From assembly GCF_009834535.1 (NCBI RefSeq), contig NC_045697.1:93312001-93376000 (forward strand): a stretch of 64,000 nucleotides of DNA. Reading direction: 5' to 3'. This document shows, in pieces, positions 52,186 through 64,000 of this stretch (positions are counted from its first letter, which is position 1; each line of letters opens with the position of its first letter). The notes beneath the pieces were generated by a model that worked only from the letters and a program-made list of their open reading frames with translations, did not search any database and was not told the DNA's origin. This stretch comes from Camelus ferus. Its lineage: Eukaryota. Both the position numbers and the translations under genes were made by a program.

Positions 52186-53511
52186 AGATCAGTTAAAGTT
52201 ATTCACCTTCTCTTAAATGGATTTCCACGAGTTGCTGATGAATGACAAAGTGATTTAAAATATGTATATATGATGATGGCAAAAAGGTGTAAAGTAATTC
52301 ATACCTCTATATACAGATACAAATGTTAGGAGTATAGAAAGAATATCAAAATGTACATGTTAGGCTGTTAAGATTGTTTACCTGGGCTCTAGGGATTTAT
52401 GGGTGGGGAATGCAGAAAAGAGTGGAGGCAAGCCAGGAACATCAGGAAAGAAGACCACCACTTAAAATGACAACAACAAAAAGTGTATGGTAGGTGTCCT
52501 TAGAAGATGAGGTGAGATGACAGAGAAGTCCTGGAGCACCTTTGTATCTATTTCCATTTCCTAATCATGTTTTATTTCTGAACTCCAACATAACATCAAA
52601 ATCAGCATTATATTCTCATATTGGTTTTGATTTCAAGAACAAATTGTTTTTGTCCTAAAGACCCAAAACAGTTCAGTCTTACCTAATTAGTATACAATAA
52701 TTATTCTACTTATTTATACTAATTTATTAAAGCATTCAGAGTTTCAAAAGGATTCTTAAAATATTTTACTACGATCATAACCTTAGATAAACTTAAGTTT
52801 TTTTCAAATCCTATTTTTATGTAGCATATTTGGATATTTACCTCTATTTTCCTGACAGTATAAAATGATTTTTATTCCCTTCTCCCAGTCTGCTTAATTT
52901 ATGCATGTAATCATTAAACAAAAGACCAAACTACTTTCGCTTCTATTTTGTTATTTTTTCCAGTAAACCACTTTATTATAATTTGAATATGAAGGAAATC
53001 AGCTGTATCTCTTGAATATAGTTATTTCTCATAAGACACTTAGGAGAAGCAGAAATCTATATAGACAAGTATAAAATCCAAGTATTCATTAAGTAAAATA
53101 GCTGAGATTTGCAATAATTGTTCAATGCTAGGGAGCATGGGTTTTGGGAAATTGGCAAATGTTGGCAAGAGTTGTAAGGAAAAGAAAATCTCTTCAATAT
53201 TGTTATTTTTCAATGTCTTGCATAGTTTACTGTATCTCTATTTTATGTCTCAATATAAAATGTAATGATATGTAATTATGTCTCAGCACTTCTGGATATA
53301 AATAAATAAAGTGTTAACACATAAGATGAGTACACATATACAAAAAGGAACAGATATAAGAGTTTGAACTACAGCACTGTACATAATAATGAAAACAATG
53401 TTAAACCATATTGCTAAGAAGTAACTTTTGAAATTAGTTCAGTATAGTTATATGATAGAATATATAATTATCTCCAGTGTTTTTCTGAAGTGGGTTTCAT
53501 GGGAAGTTTCA

Positions 53512-53960
53512 ACAGCAGGTTTATCTTAAAGCTAAGGAAACTAAACCTTTAGAACTCCTCATATTTGACTCATTCTTCTCAAGCTCGTATGATTTTTGTA
53601 AAATTTACTATGCAAGATGTTTTAAGTAAAAATAATAAAGACTGCTGCCTCTTCCCATTACAACTCACTTTCAGTCATCCTCCTGTCGGGTAATCTGGCC
53701 CAGCCTACAGCACTTTTAGGATGCAGCTAGATGGAAATTGAATGGGGACACATTCAGTTTGGTTTTACTGAGGCCAGTGTGTTTGATTTAGCTATTATCA
53801 AGTAAAATTTAAGATGTCACCAGGAATCAAGATTCTTGCTACTGCTCACTCCGTAGATTCACCTGTGTCATAACACAAAGGTGCAGAGCCAGGGGTTGTT
53901 TTAAGATACAACCAAGTCCCATTGTGTTTGATACTAGAAAGGTGTGGCGAGTAGATATAT
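53512..53960 (+). mobile_element. MER115/Zaphod-like hAT-Tip100 fragment
   Basis: aagctaaggaaactaaa...tttttgtaaaattt...gaaattgaatggggacacattcagtttggtttt...acacaaaggtgcagagccagggg matches recalled MER115. Confidence 0.7.
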
Positions 53961-54600
53961 ACCGGCTGCTTTTAAGCCTGGCTCCCCTTTGCGCTGGTTC
54001 TTATTCCTGCGGTGATGCCATGAGAACCAGATGTCTTCCTGAATCTAAGGGGGTTTTTTAGAGGCAAGGAATACTGGGAAAAATAAGGGGGCATTTATGT
54101 GGAAGAGTGACCAGCTGCTCTGATGTGCTCTGAGAGTGTCTCCATGGTAACATAGTAGGAAAAATCCTGAGTTCTTTCCTCAGTCCTTCAGAATTCAAAC
54201 AAATCTCTACCAGGAGAAGACCAAAGCTAGAGTTTCCAGCTGTACAACCCCTGGAGTGTCTCTACTGAGTTCCATTCTCTCTTGAAATATAAATGCATAT
54301 TGATACCTGGGGACGGAAGTCCCTGATGATGGTCTCTAACCATCTTATCTCTTGGAATTAATTTCAGGGATTGTTCTTTTAGCCCAGACCCAAAGTTTTG
54401 GTGAAATTTGCTCAAAAATCTCTGACTATGCTTAAAAAACATTTTATTTACAATAGACATGCAAATCATTAAGACAAAGGAAGACTAACTAACCCAAAAT
54501 AACCTTGTAATTGAAGGTTTCAAACAATGCTGATTGAGTATAAATTGCTGAAATTACTCTGGGAAGAATTTGACCCTATCTACTAAAGCTAAACATACGC

Positions 54601-55995
54601 TGTCTTAGTTCATTTGGGCTACTATAACAAAATACTACAGAAGGATAGCTTATAAACAGATATTTATTTCTCACAGTTCTGAAGGCTGGGAAATCCAAGA
54701 TTATGGTGCCAGAAGATCCCATTTGGTGGCTGGTGAGGATCCACTTCCTGGTTCATAGATGGTGTCCTTCTTGCTATGTCCGTACATGATGGAAGGAAGC
54801 TAAGGAGCTATGTGGAGTCTTGTACAGGACCACTAATCCTGGACAGGAGAGCTTCGCATTCAAGACCTAAGCACCCTTCAAAGGCTCTACCTCCTAGTAC
54901 CATCACATCGGGCATTAGGATTTTAACATATGAATGGAGAGGATCACAGATATTTAGCCATAACATTCTGCCCCTTGTTTCCCCAAATTTATGTCGTATA
55001 CCATGTAAAATATATTCATTCCATCCCAACAGCCCCCAAAGTCTTAACTAGTTCCAACATCAACTCAAAAGCCTTAAGTCCAAAGTCTGATCTAAAAATC
55101 ATCTAAATCAATATGGATGAGTTGATTCATCCTTAGACAGATTGTTCTCTACCTGTGAACCTTGGAAATCTAAGATATGATATACTTCGAAAGTACTATT
55201 ATGGGGCAGTCATAGGATAAACACTGCCCATCCCAAAGGAAGAAATAGGAAATGAAAAATGGAGAACAGGCCCCAAGCAAATCCAAAACTAGGACCCACG
55301 GGGGTGGGGTTGGGCCCGAAGGCTCCACGCAGTCCCATCCCCACTGCTTTGCTGGGTGAAGCCTACACCAATGCTCACTTGAGCAGAAATTGCAAGCAGG
55401 TGGCTCTGCAGATCTCACAGCTTGGGATGCCTTAAAATGGGCACTTTCTGCAGTGATCCCACCTTGGTGGCTCCCTGGCTAGATCTAGTCTGATGATCCA
55501 TTCTTTAAGATCTAATCGGAGGAAGCCACACCTGCTGTGCTTTGCTGGATTCAGAGCTGGCCACACCAGGGCCCGCAAACCTGCACCTTGGGCAGCTAAA
55601 GATCACAGCACTGGAATTCAGCCACATTCTTTGCTATTTTGTAACAAGAATCATTTTTCCTTTAGTTTCCAATAACGTGTCTCTCATTTCCATCTGAGAC
55701 CTCATCACAGTGATCGCTACCATTCATATTCCTACCAGCATTCTGTTCCAGACTACTTAGATATTCTGTAAGAAGATTGAGGCTTTCTCTACATCTCTTT
55801 TCTTCTTCTGAGCCATTATGAGAATCACCCTTAACAGTTCATTCACTGCAATGTAGGCTTTTTCTAGCATATACCTCCAAATTTTTTCACCCACTACCAT
55901 TACCCAGTTTCAAAGCCGCTTCCACATGTTTAGGTATGTCTTACAGCAGTTTCTCTACTTCTACATTTTGGGAGAACATAAACAATCAGACCATA
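54601..55995 (-). mobile_element. MLT1A-like MaLR LTR (54601-~54965) plus internal region
   Basis: tgtcttagttcatttgggctactataacaaaatac...tttatttctcacagttctgaaggctggg LTR, then MaLR internal motifs ccaacagcccccaaagtcttaac, ctcatttccatctgagacctcatca and caaagccgcttccacatgtttaggtat. Confidence 0.85.
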
Positions 55996-56135
55996 GTAAG
56001 CACATACCCTGTGATCCAGTAATTCCGTTCCTATAAATTTTATATAATTTATAAATTTGTAATTTTAATTTCTAAAAGTTTTCATATCTTCTGTTGCCCT
56101 TACATAGTTATAGTTATAAAACTAGTATATACAGT

Positions 56136-56540
56136 TGTTATGGAATAAATTGTGTCTTAAAATCCAAATTTTGAAGCCCTAATCCCCAGGGTGACCATAT
56201 TTGGAGATAGGGCCTTTCAGGAAGTAATTAAGGTTAAATGAGGTCATATGAGTGCATCCTTATTCTGATAGGACTGGTGTCTTTTTAAGAAGAGGAAGAG
56301 ACACCAGAGATTTATCTCTCCTAAAAAGAACAAAAAAAGGCCATGTGAGTACACAGCATATGGAGGCTATTGGCAAGCCAGGAAGAGAGACCTCACCAGA
56401 CACTGACCCTGCTGACACCTTGATCTTGAACCTCCAGCTTCTTGAAAATAAATTTATGTCGCTTAAGCTTTCCCAGTTTTTTTAATGTTTTTTTTTTTTT
56501 TGAAGCTTTCTTGTTACGGCAATCACAGCAGACTAATAAA
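56136..56540 (+). mobile_element. MLT1A0/B-like MaLR LTR
   Basis: tgttatggaataaattgtgtc...ttgaagccctaatcccc...ggtgtctttttaagaagaggaagagacac...gctgacaccttgatcttgaacctccagc...gactaata. Confidence 0.88.
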
Positions 56541-57789
56541 ATAGCAATAATTATAAAACTAGCATATATAATTACAGTTATTTAAAAAGTTATAGTTAAA
56601 AAACCTAGAAAAGGTTGAATTTTTTAAACAAATTTATGTACAGTTAATTCCTTTTCCTTTAAATGTACTACTTTGTCTTTTTTCTTGCTGCCCTGTTGGA
56701 ATCTGTAGTAATGTATTTCTCAGTTTACTTACTAACTAATTTCTAACATATTAAACCTGAATTTCAACAAACATGATCATTGCCTAATCAGTAGAATAAT
56801 GCTTAAATTTTTTGACAGATGTTATTCACTTTTTTCCTTATTATTTAATAAGAATGCACTTGATACCAATGATTTATCCTCTGACATTGTAAAGTTCTTG
56901 GACAACTCTTAAGAGAAATGTGTCCACTTGCTCATTTGCAGGCAACGGGCTTTGTGACCTAGGTCAGTAAGGGGAAATGATAAGCTTCTCATGCAATTAG
57001 ATACAATATGCTTCATCTACCCCCCAAATTAATAAATTTTCTGGTCTGCTGATACCATTCTTTATTATTTTCAAGAGCTGCCAGTTTATTTTATTTATTT
57101 TTAATGCTATTTTCTGTAGAATTATTAGAAATGTACTTCGGCATTTCGAAGACATATAACTGCTTGCTTTTATTTCCAAAGCAGGAGGGCAATGAAAATC
57201 TCTCTTAAAAATCAGAGATATTCTTAGTCTCATTCTAGATGAAAATGTTAAGAATTGAAAGCAAAAGATAAAGGAAAATCTTTTATATAAGAAAATAAAT
57301 AATGGAAAAAGAAATTAAAAAGCTAACTAAAATTGTATCTTGCTAATCTTATTAAAAAGTGGCTTTTATTGAATTATCCAATTAGTTTCCTTAAAATTAG
57401 TTTACCTAAAGAGAAATAGAATTTTATCATGTATGTAGAAATTAAGGGAAAAAAAACACATTTGTTATTGACCTTTCTTTAAGCACTGTGAAGGTAGTTT
57501 TTAAAGCAGCTACCAAAAGTTTCATTTATTTCGGAACATCAAATTTAAAGTATAAATTAACACAACTAAATAGTTTATGTAAATTTATTTTGATAGTGTT
57601 TTCTCATATAACTTTCTAGAATTCAGAAATTTAATTTATTCCTAAACAAATGAGAAAAAAAAAAAAAGAAATTCTGCCAAGTCTGAACTCTTGCATTTAT
57701 GTAACTCCGTTGCATATTTTCTCTCTATATTTCAGGAAGGTTAATTATTTGCAGTTGGTGCTTGCTGCACATAGCCGTAAAGCCTACCA

Positions 57790-57962
57790 ACGATGATTGG
57801 TTCTTAACCTCACCCACATGTTAGAATAATAGGAGATATCTCAGTCTACCCATATTCCTTCTTAAAAATTGAAGTTCTGTTTTCACTGAACCAGAGTGAG
57901 ACCAAGAAGTATTTTAAAACTCACGATGTGATTCTACTATGAAGCCAAGATTCAGAGCCATG
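57790..57962. mobile_element. MER5-like hAT fragment
   Basis: ggttcttaacct...ttagaat...gtgattctactatgaagccaagattcagagcca. Confidence 0.55.
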
Positions 57963-60499
57963 TGTTCCATATATCTAAAATAAATACACATTAATAGTTG
58001 AAGTGGTTTTAAATTTGGATATTTATAATCTTGACTGAAAGGGGAGTACTTGTAATTGAAACCTGCCTTGGGCTTTCAAGTATTTATAATATACATCTGT
58101 TTTTTATTTTATTAAATATAATTTGATACTTATTTTGTTTTTAACATTTATGATTCTAAAACACATTACAAGTTCCACAAAACATGCATTTTCTAAATGT
58201 CAACACTCTAAATATGCCATTCATTTCTTAAAATAGTATGTTAACTTAAAATTCAGTTTCTATGTTGACTCAGTTGACCTTAAAAATATAATTATTAGTT
58301 ACTCAACAATAGGAAGATTTTTGCCATGTCTAAAGAAATATTTCAACTCTGATTTCAGATTTACTAAAAGACTGGATTTTTCTTTAGGTCTTTGCACAAG
58401 CTTGTCATTTGCTTTCTTTCCTTCATTCTTTCTTTTGGGGTCTGTGTGAAGTTTAAATAAAGAACTATGATTATCTGTAAAACTGATTGCTCAAAGTAAT
58501 TAATCATTTTTCTAATGAAATTACCAGGGTAAATTAAGAATCTTGTAATTAAAGAGTTTTCTCTTGTGTAAATGAAACATGCTGAGAGACTGTGCTAGGA
58601 AATTACTATTTCAAAAACCAATCAAATTAAGTCCCCATACACTGGACTTTTAGAAGATTTATATATCACATATATTTTTTCTTAGATGATCGTTGCGTTT
58701 TTCTAATTAGAGAAGTACCTATTATTGTGTCAGATAATTTGTGCAATGTATTATTTGTAGTCTGTTTTGTTAAAAATAAGTATCACTGGTACTTATCATG
58801 TGGTATATAATCAGGTTGATTATATGATTGTTAAATAATGTATAACCATATTTACTAAACACACTTCTTTCAAACATTTTTCTGATGCTTATTTGGAAGT
58901 TGTTTTATATATGAAAAAGTACATCTTGGATTTTAGAATTAAATTTAATCTATATGGCAAGTTCGTTTACCTGAAAAGTCTCAGTAACAAATGCTAATAT
59001 TAAAAGTAGTAGAAATTGCCTATTATCTGTATACTTAAAACTATAGGAAAACAACTTCTGCCAGAAACACAACATAGCCAATTATTCTGAACTTTTCTGG
59101 GTAGCAGGAAGGATGGGCACAAGAACTTAGAAACTTGGGCTTTATCACTCATTAATTGGTAGGTGATTAATAGCTATACCCATAATGAAATGGTAAACAA
59201 AAAAATATTAACCAACACAAGGTTATAAAGAGGAATTTTGTCTATCAGTACGGGAGCAATTAGTAAGAAAAATACATATTATTCCCTGAGAATTTGTAGC
59301 ATTAGGGATACACATCATGTGTTGTCTTCAAACTTATGAATTATATAGTATTGAACCATCAAATTAAAAATTAACATATATCATCTTCTGAACAATGATA
59401 CTTTGGGTGATTTCCAGAGGAAATACAAAATCATTCTAGAGCAGGACTTAGAAAAAAAAAATTTTTTTTCCTGTGAAGCACTAGAGATTAAACATTTTAG
59501 GCTTTGTTGGCCACTGTAAAGAGAAGCTTATAACAGAATATTAGCCAAAAGGTAGAAAATATGAAAAGTCAAAACACATGGAGGGTAGAATAAAAGTAAA
59601 ATCCAAGGAGCATCTAATAGGAATTCCAGAATAGAGAGAGTGGAAATAATGAAAAAATAATGATCTTTTTCTACTTTTGGGAAGGATGGAATAGTTGGAT
59701 AAGACCCATACTCCCATTGTAATGACAAGGAAAAGCTGAATTAATTTTAAAAATCACATTTATAAAGCATCAGATAACTTTGGAAGCAATGATGAATATA
59801 TAAGTAGAATGTGTGATTAATGGCAGTAAAATATTTATATATATGAACAGGTGGTTAAGTCTAAACAAAGCATTAGCTATGTAGAAGCAGAAGAAAAAAA
59901 CAGTAAAATAAATACTTGAAAACACTAAAATACCTGTAAAATGGGATGGGGAATCAATATTCAGACATTATAAGACATTGTGTGTTACAGGGAATAAACT
60001 AGTGATACTGATCTACTTTGAGTAAGGAATGTATGAAAACGGAAAGGGGATTCATCATCAATCCCGTGAAAGTCAAAGGAGGAACAAAGACGTGGGAAAC
60101 ACATGGTAACGATTAGAGAAGATGTATATGTTACCAGGGAGGAAAATTAACACAGAACTGGGCACGTGTTCCCATCCAGTCCATGTGAACTTTTACCCTA
60201 ATGGAATCTTCAGTTGAAAGAGATAGAAGTTAAAGTCTATAGCTGACATAAAATGGAGGTCTGGCCAGAGACCTATTTATACTAAACTAGAATATTAAAA
60301 ACAAGTGGAGTCCACTGAAGGATAAAACAAGAATGAACCAGAACACTTCAGAATACCTGTAGCCTGGGATGAAATCTAGGTCATCCAGGGAATCTCACAT
60401 TTTTACCTGAATTTAAAGTGGTCTGGGATAGGTAATGCCTACAAAAGCAAAGCTTCTGGAGGAACCTCCACAGTAGCTCTCAAGGTATTATTAGAAATT

Positions 60500-60652
60500 G
60501 TTTACTAATTAACTGTGTGAACTTGGCCAAGTCATTTATTATCTGAGATTCTGTTTCCTCAACTGTAAAGTGAATATAAGAGTAACTAATTAGTAGGTAT
60601 GCATTGAGAATTAAGTTAATTAATTTTGTAAATCACTTAAAATAGGGCCTGA
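60500..60652 (+). mobile_element. MIR SINE
   Basis: ctgtgtgaacttggccaagtcattt...ctgtttcctcaactgtaaagtg core...gtaaatcacttaaaatagggcctgac. Confidence 0.8.
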
Positions 60653-60749
60653 CGAAAGTGTATGAAGTATAGTGTGTGTGTATGTGTATGTGAGTGTTGC
60701 TTTCCTGTGTGTGTGCTCAAGTACATGCTTGAGTACATGAGAGAGAATG

Positions 60750-62680
60750 GATAAGCACATTGTCAGGGAGAACAGAATATCTGAAAAAAAAAATCAACAG
60801 ACAAGAGAAACAGAATAAAACTTTAAATCACAGAATTTACCAAGCAGACCTTAAAGAACACGTATACGTATAAATTTAAAGGAGCAAAATACAAACTTGA
60901 AGATGCATGTAGGAAAATACAAAAGTGAACCTGGCATATTTAAAAAAAGAAACACCGACTAGAAATAACAGAGAACTACTAGAAAAATAACCCAAGTGTT
61001 AACAGGGAGAAATAAAATGAAAGAAAATATGGAAGACAAGTTAAAAGACACAGAGATTAGAAGATAGATTTCAAAGGCTAAGGGCAATAGCTAAAGAGAT
61101 AATGTGTAATGCTTTTTAAGTACTGATGAAAGACAGATGTAAACAGATTTGAGCAGGTCAACAAATTCTCAACAAGGTAAGAAAAGTGAACTGCAGAAAA
61201 CAAAAGATGCAAAAAATCTTAAAAACTGCCTAAAAATAAAAAGATTAATTCTAAAGAAACAACAATTAGCCTGACAGCTAATTTCTCATCAGAAAAAAAA
61301 AAAAAATTCACAGTAAGATGTGTAAAAAATTTAGTAAACAGAAACCTCAGTTAAACAGAGTTTGGAGATCAGAAGAGGATCTCTTACGTGCTGTCACAAT
61401 AGCAGAGCCCAATAGGAAGAAGAGACTCTTCTCTCCTGGTCAGGACTCAGCCAAAGACAAGCCACAGACATGGACTCTGTTTACTGTAGCCCTCCCAACT
61501 CCCTTTTCTCTTCTGTAAAAGCATTGTCTTTCCCTTGCTGTGTGGGGGTTTGCACATGGCTCACCGTGGTTGCAGATTCTGAATTGCAGTTTTCTGCTGA
61601 TCCTGAATAAGCTCGTATTTGCTGGATAAACATCTGGCAATCTATTTAATTTAGATCAACAAATGGAATGATAACCACAGTATGTTTTAAAAATGTAAAA
61701 TTTCTGTTTATTAACAGTATATTCCAATAATGAAAGTGAAATAACTGAGATAAACCAAGATTCGTAATTTGTCTTCAGTAGAACTTCGCTAAAATAAAAT
61801 TTTAAATGATATAATTCAAACTGAAGGAAAATAACCTTCAGTGTTTAGGAAAAATTTTACCTCTGAATTCTTCAAATAACGCATAAAGAAAATTAGGTTG
61901 TGCAATTTTGTAAAAGTCTGTTCACTTATATGTGGAGTTAAATTTCTCATATAATTCAAGAAGGAGGTATGGGTATTGATTAACATTAGAATTAAACCAA
62001 AAAATACATTTCTTTTCTAGAGCAACCAATGAGAGATAGAAATAGAAATATATTTTCAAAGTAGAAAAAATAATGATAAAAATAAAAAAGAATGAGAAGA
62101 GAGAACTAATTTCATCAAGCTGGATAAATGATTATTGTAAGTTAAGAACAGGTATTTAACACACACACATAATTTAATTTATACAAATAGGTAAAAATCT
62201 TTCATGAGTCGTCCAAAGACAAAGACTTGAAGGTAGAGGAACAAAACGTCACTATATTTTATCTATATTTAATAGGTTTGCAGTACAGAAAAACAGAAGC
62301 TCAAAAATAAAACAATGGGAAAAGGTATAACATGAGACTGCTATCCAAAAGACAACTGGCATAACCATATTCATAGAAGAAAAAAGTCTTTGAGGCCGAA
62401 TAATTGTCAGTGATAATGGGGACATTTTGTGAAGAATGTAATAATATAGTCTCAAAATACATAATGTAAAAGTTTTCATTATTACAATGAAATCACAGTC
62501 ACAGTAGGACATTTTAACAGTTTCTCAGTCATTTATATAATTAGGAGCAAGAATCTTAGTGGAATCATGGGAAGGTCTGAACTACCTTAAATGAACTTGA
62601 TCTAGTGGGCATATACAAAACCCTGCACATAAATAGTGCAGAGTGCACCTTCAATAATAAAAACACATGGTGATTCTGCT
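60750..62680 (+). mobile_element. Old L1 ORF1/early ORF2 remnant, interrupted by an LTR
   Basis: aacaattagcctgacagctaatttctcatcagaaa (ORF1); aatgggaaaaggtataacatg and gtaggacattttaacagtttctcag (endonuclease region). Confidence 0.65.
61321..61661 (+). mobile_element. ERV1-type solo LTR
   Basis: TG...CA ends, near-TSD gatg/aatg, and a ttttctgctgatcctgaataag...gctgga...atctggcaatctattt 3' end; nested in L1. Confidence 0.75.
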
Positions 62681-62849
62681 TCAAATAATGGTTCTGTAGT
62701 GTGTAAGAATTGTATCCTCCCACAGATAACAGTCGAACTTTGGACAAAATATAATAACCAAATCTTTGAAGGCACCAAAGACAAATAACAAGCTGACAGA
62801 AACTGAAGTGGAGTTAAACTGGAAAAGGGAGAAACGCAGATGAAATTTG

Positions 62850-63245
62850 CTCTAATATCACTTTGGACCTCCCCTTCTTTTGATACCTGCACCTCTTTTC
62901 CCTTGTTCTGCTCCTGGGCTTCTAATAACAGATTTTCCCCCTGTGATAACAGTGATGAGGTCATTACCAAAGGCCAGTGGAATTCGCTTCCCAGAAATTT
63001 GCATCTTTAGCTGAGGCACACAGGCTGGAAGGGAATGAGAGCTTCGTCTTTTATGTGATCCTAGCGCCTACAAGAGAACTCACCAGTTCTGCTTCTGATG
63101 CCTAATTCTTCCTTCTCGTGACTTGGTTTTACATTCTGCCATTCAATTCAGTAAGCCTACCAGTATGTTTCTAGTAAGTCTCTTTTTTGCTTCACGTAAG
63201 TTAGATTTGGTTTCTACTGCTTGCAAATAAACAATTTTAATAACA
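62850..63245 (+). mobile_element. LTR33-like ERVL LTR
   Basis: 3' end cttttttgcttcacgtaagttagatttggtttctactgcttgcaaataaacaattttaataaca. Confidence 0.55.
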
Positions 63246-64000
63246 AAAAAGTGAAGCACAAAGGGTAGATTCCATATATTGTTACAAATGGAAAATATCA
63301 ACAATAAATAATTTTATTAGTACAGATAAGTAAAATGTCTGTCTGATGAAATACAAAAACATGCAAAACAGAAAAGGAAAAACATCCTAAAGAAGTCAGT
63401 GCTAATTATGACTCTGAAAAAAATCTATTGACAATTCCAGACTTTCTTACAAGACAGAAATCCATTTCAGTAGCTTGCAAAAAGAAGTGGCTTGTATGAA
63501 ATACAGAAAGAAAAAAAAAGACATATGAAGAATGAGCATAGATGGAAAGAAAACTTCAAAGTTGAAAATCTGAGATTAAAAACACCTGTGTGAGATAGTA
63601 CAGCATTTTAAGGAGTCAGAACAAATTAAGCTGATGTTTATTTGGGGCAGTGAATGTCAGAACTGTTATTGCAGACTATTGAAATAGTAACATATTACTG
63701 ATGTGTGAAGCCCTCCAACACCGTGTATGAGAAAGATCGGGCAATCAAAGTAATCAAAAATAAGATGACAGCAGTCTAAACCCTGACTATAATCCAAGAA
63801 TGTAGCTACTCTTGAGAAAGCAATGAGGAAAATTAAAAGAGGTAAGTTAATAAAATATAATATTAGAAAAATATGCATGATTGAAAAAGAATAAGCAAGT
63901 ATGTTGATTAAAGCTCACTAATTACTCTCAGAAAAGTTTTTAAAAGTTACTACACCAGCAGATATTTTGCAGTCTAAATTTCCAAAGAAAAATCCCTATA

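Noticed and set aside
54227..56485. Cluster of 60-90 aa ORFs
   Set aside because: Most lie within MaLR LTR/internal repeat sequence; chance ORFs.
1..64000. CRISPR arrays, operons, rRNA or other prokaryotic-type systems
   Set aside because: The sequence is mammalian repeat-rich genomic DNA; no regularly spaced repeat-spacer array or dense coding was seen.

Overview
This is AT-rich, repeat-dense mammalian DNA, very probably camelid: it carries three copies of a tRNA-derived SINE and L1 3' ends of the type I recognise from Camelidae. I cannot support any intact protein-coding gene. The standout region is one GC/CpG-rich block (~5310-7400). Its left part is an intron-containing, frameshifted four-exon fragment of KNDC1 (v-KIND RasGEF; coiled-coil to RasGEF-N/REM region) on the minus strand. 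It looks like an unprocessed duplicated piece stranded in a foreign AT-rich locus, and a ~190-bp unrelated insert replaces the start of its fourth exon. Its right part looks like a CpG-island promoter (GC box plus an inverted ETS pair) with a plus-strand first-exon donor. Downstream is a tentative chain of short phase-1 exon candidates that I could not assign to a known gene. The rest is L1, L2, MIR, MaLR/ERV LTR and hAT MER remnants. Repeat family names and the KNDC1 match come from recalled consensus and protein sequences, not from searches, and repeat boundaries are approximate unless a TSD is given.
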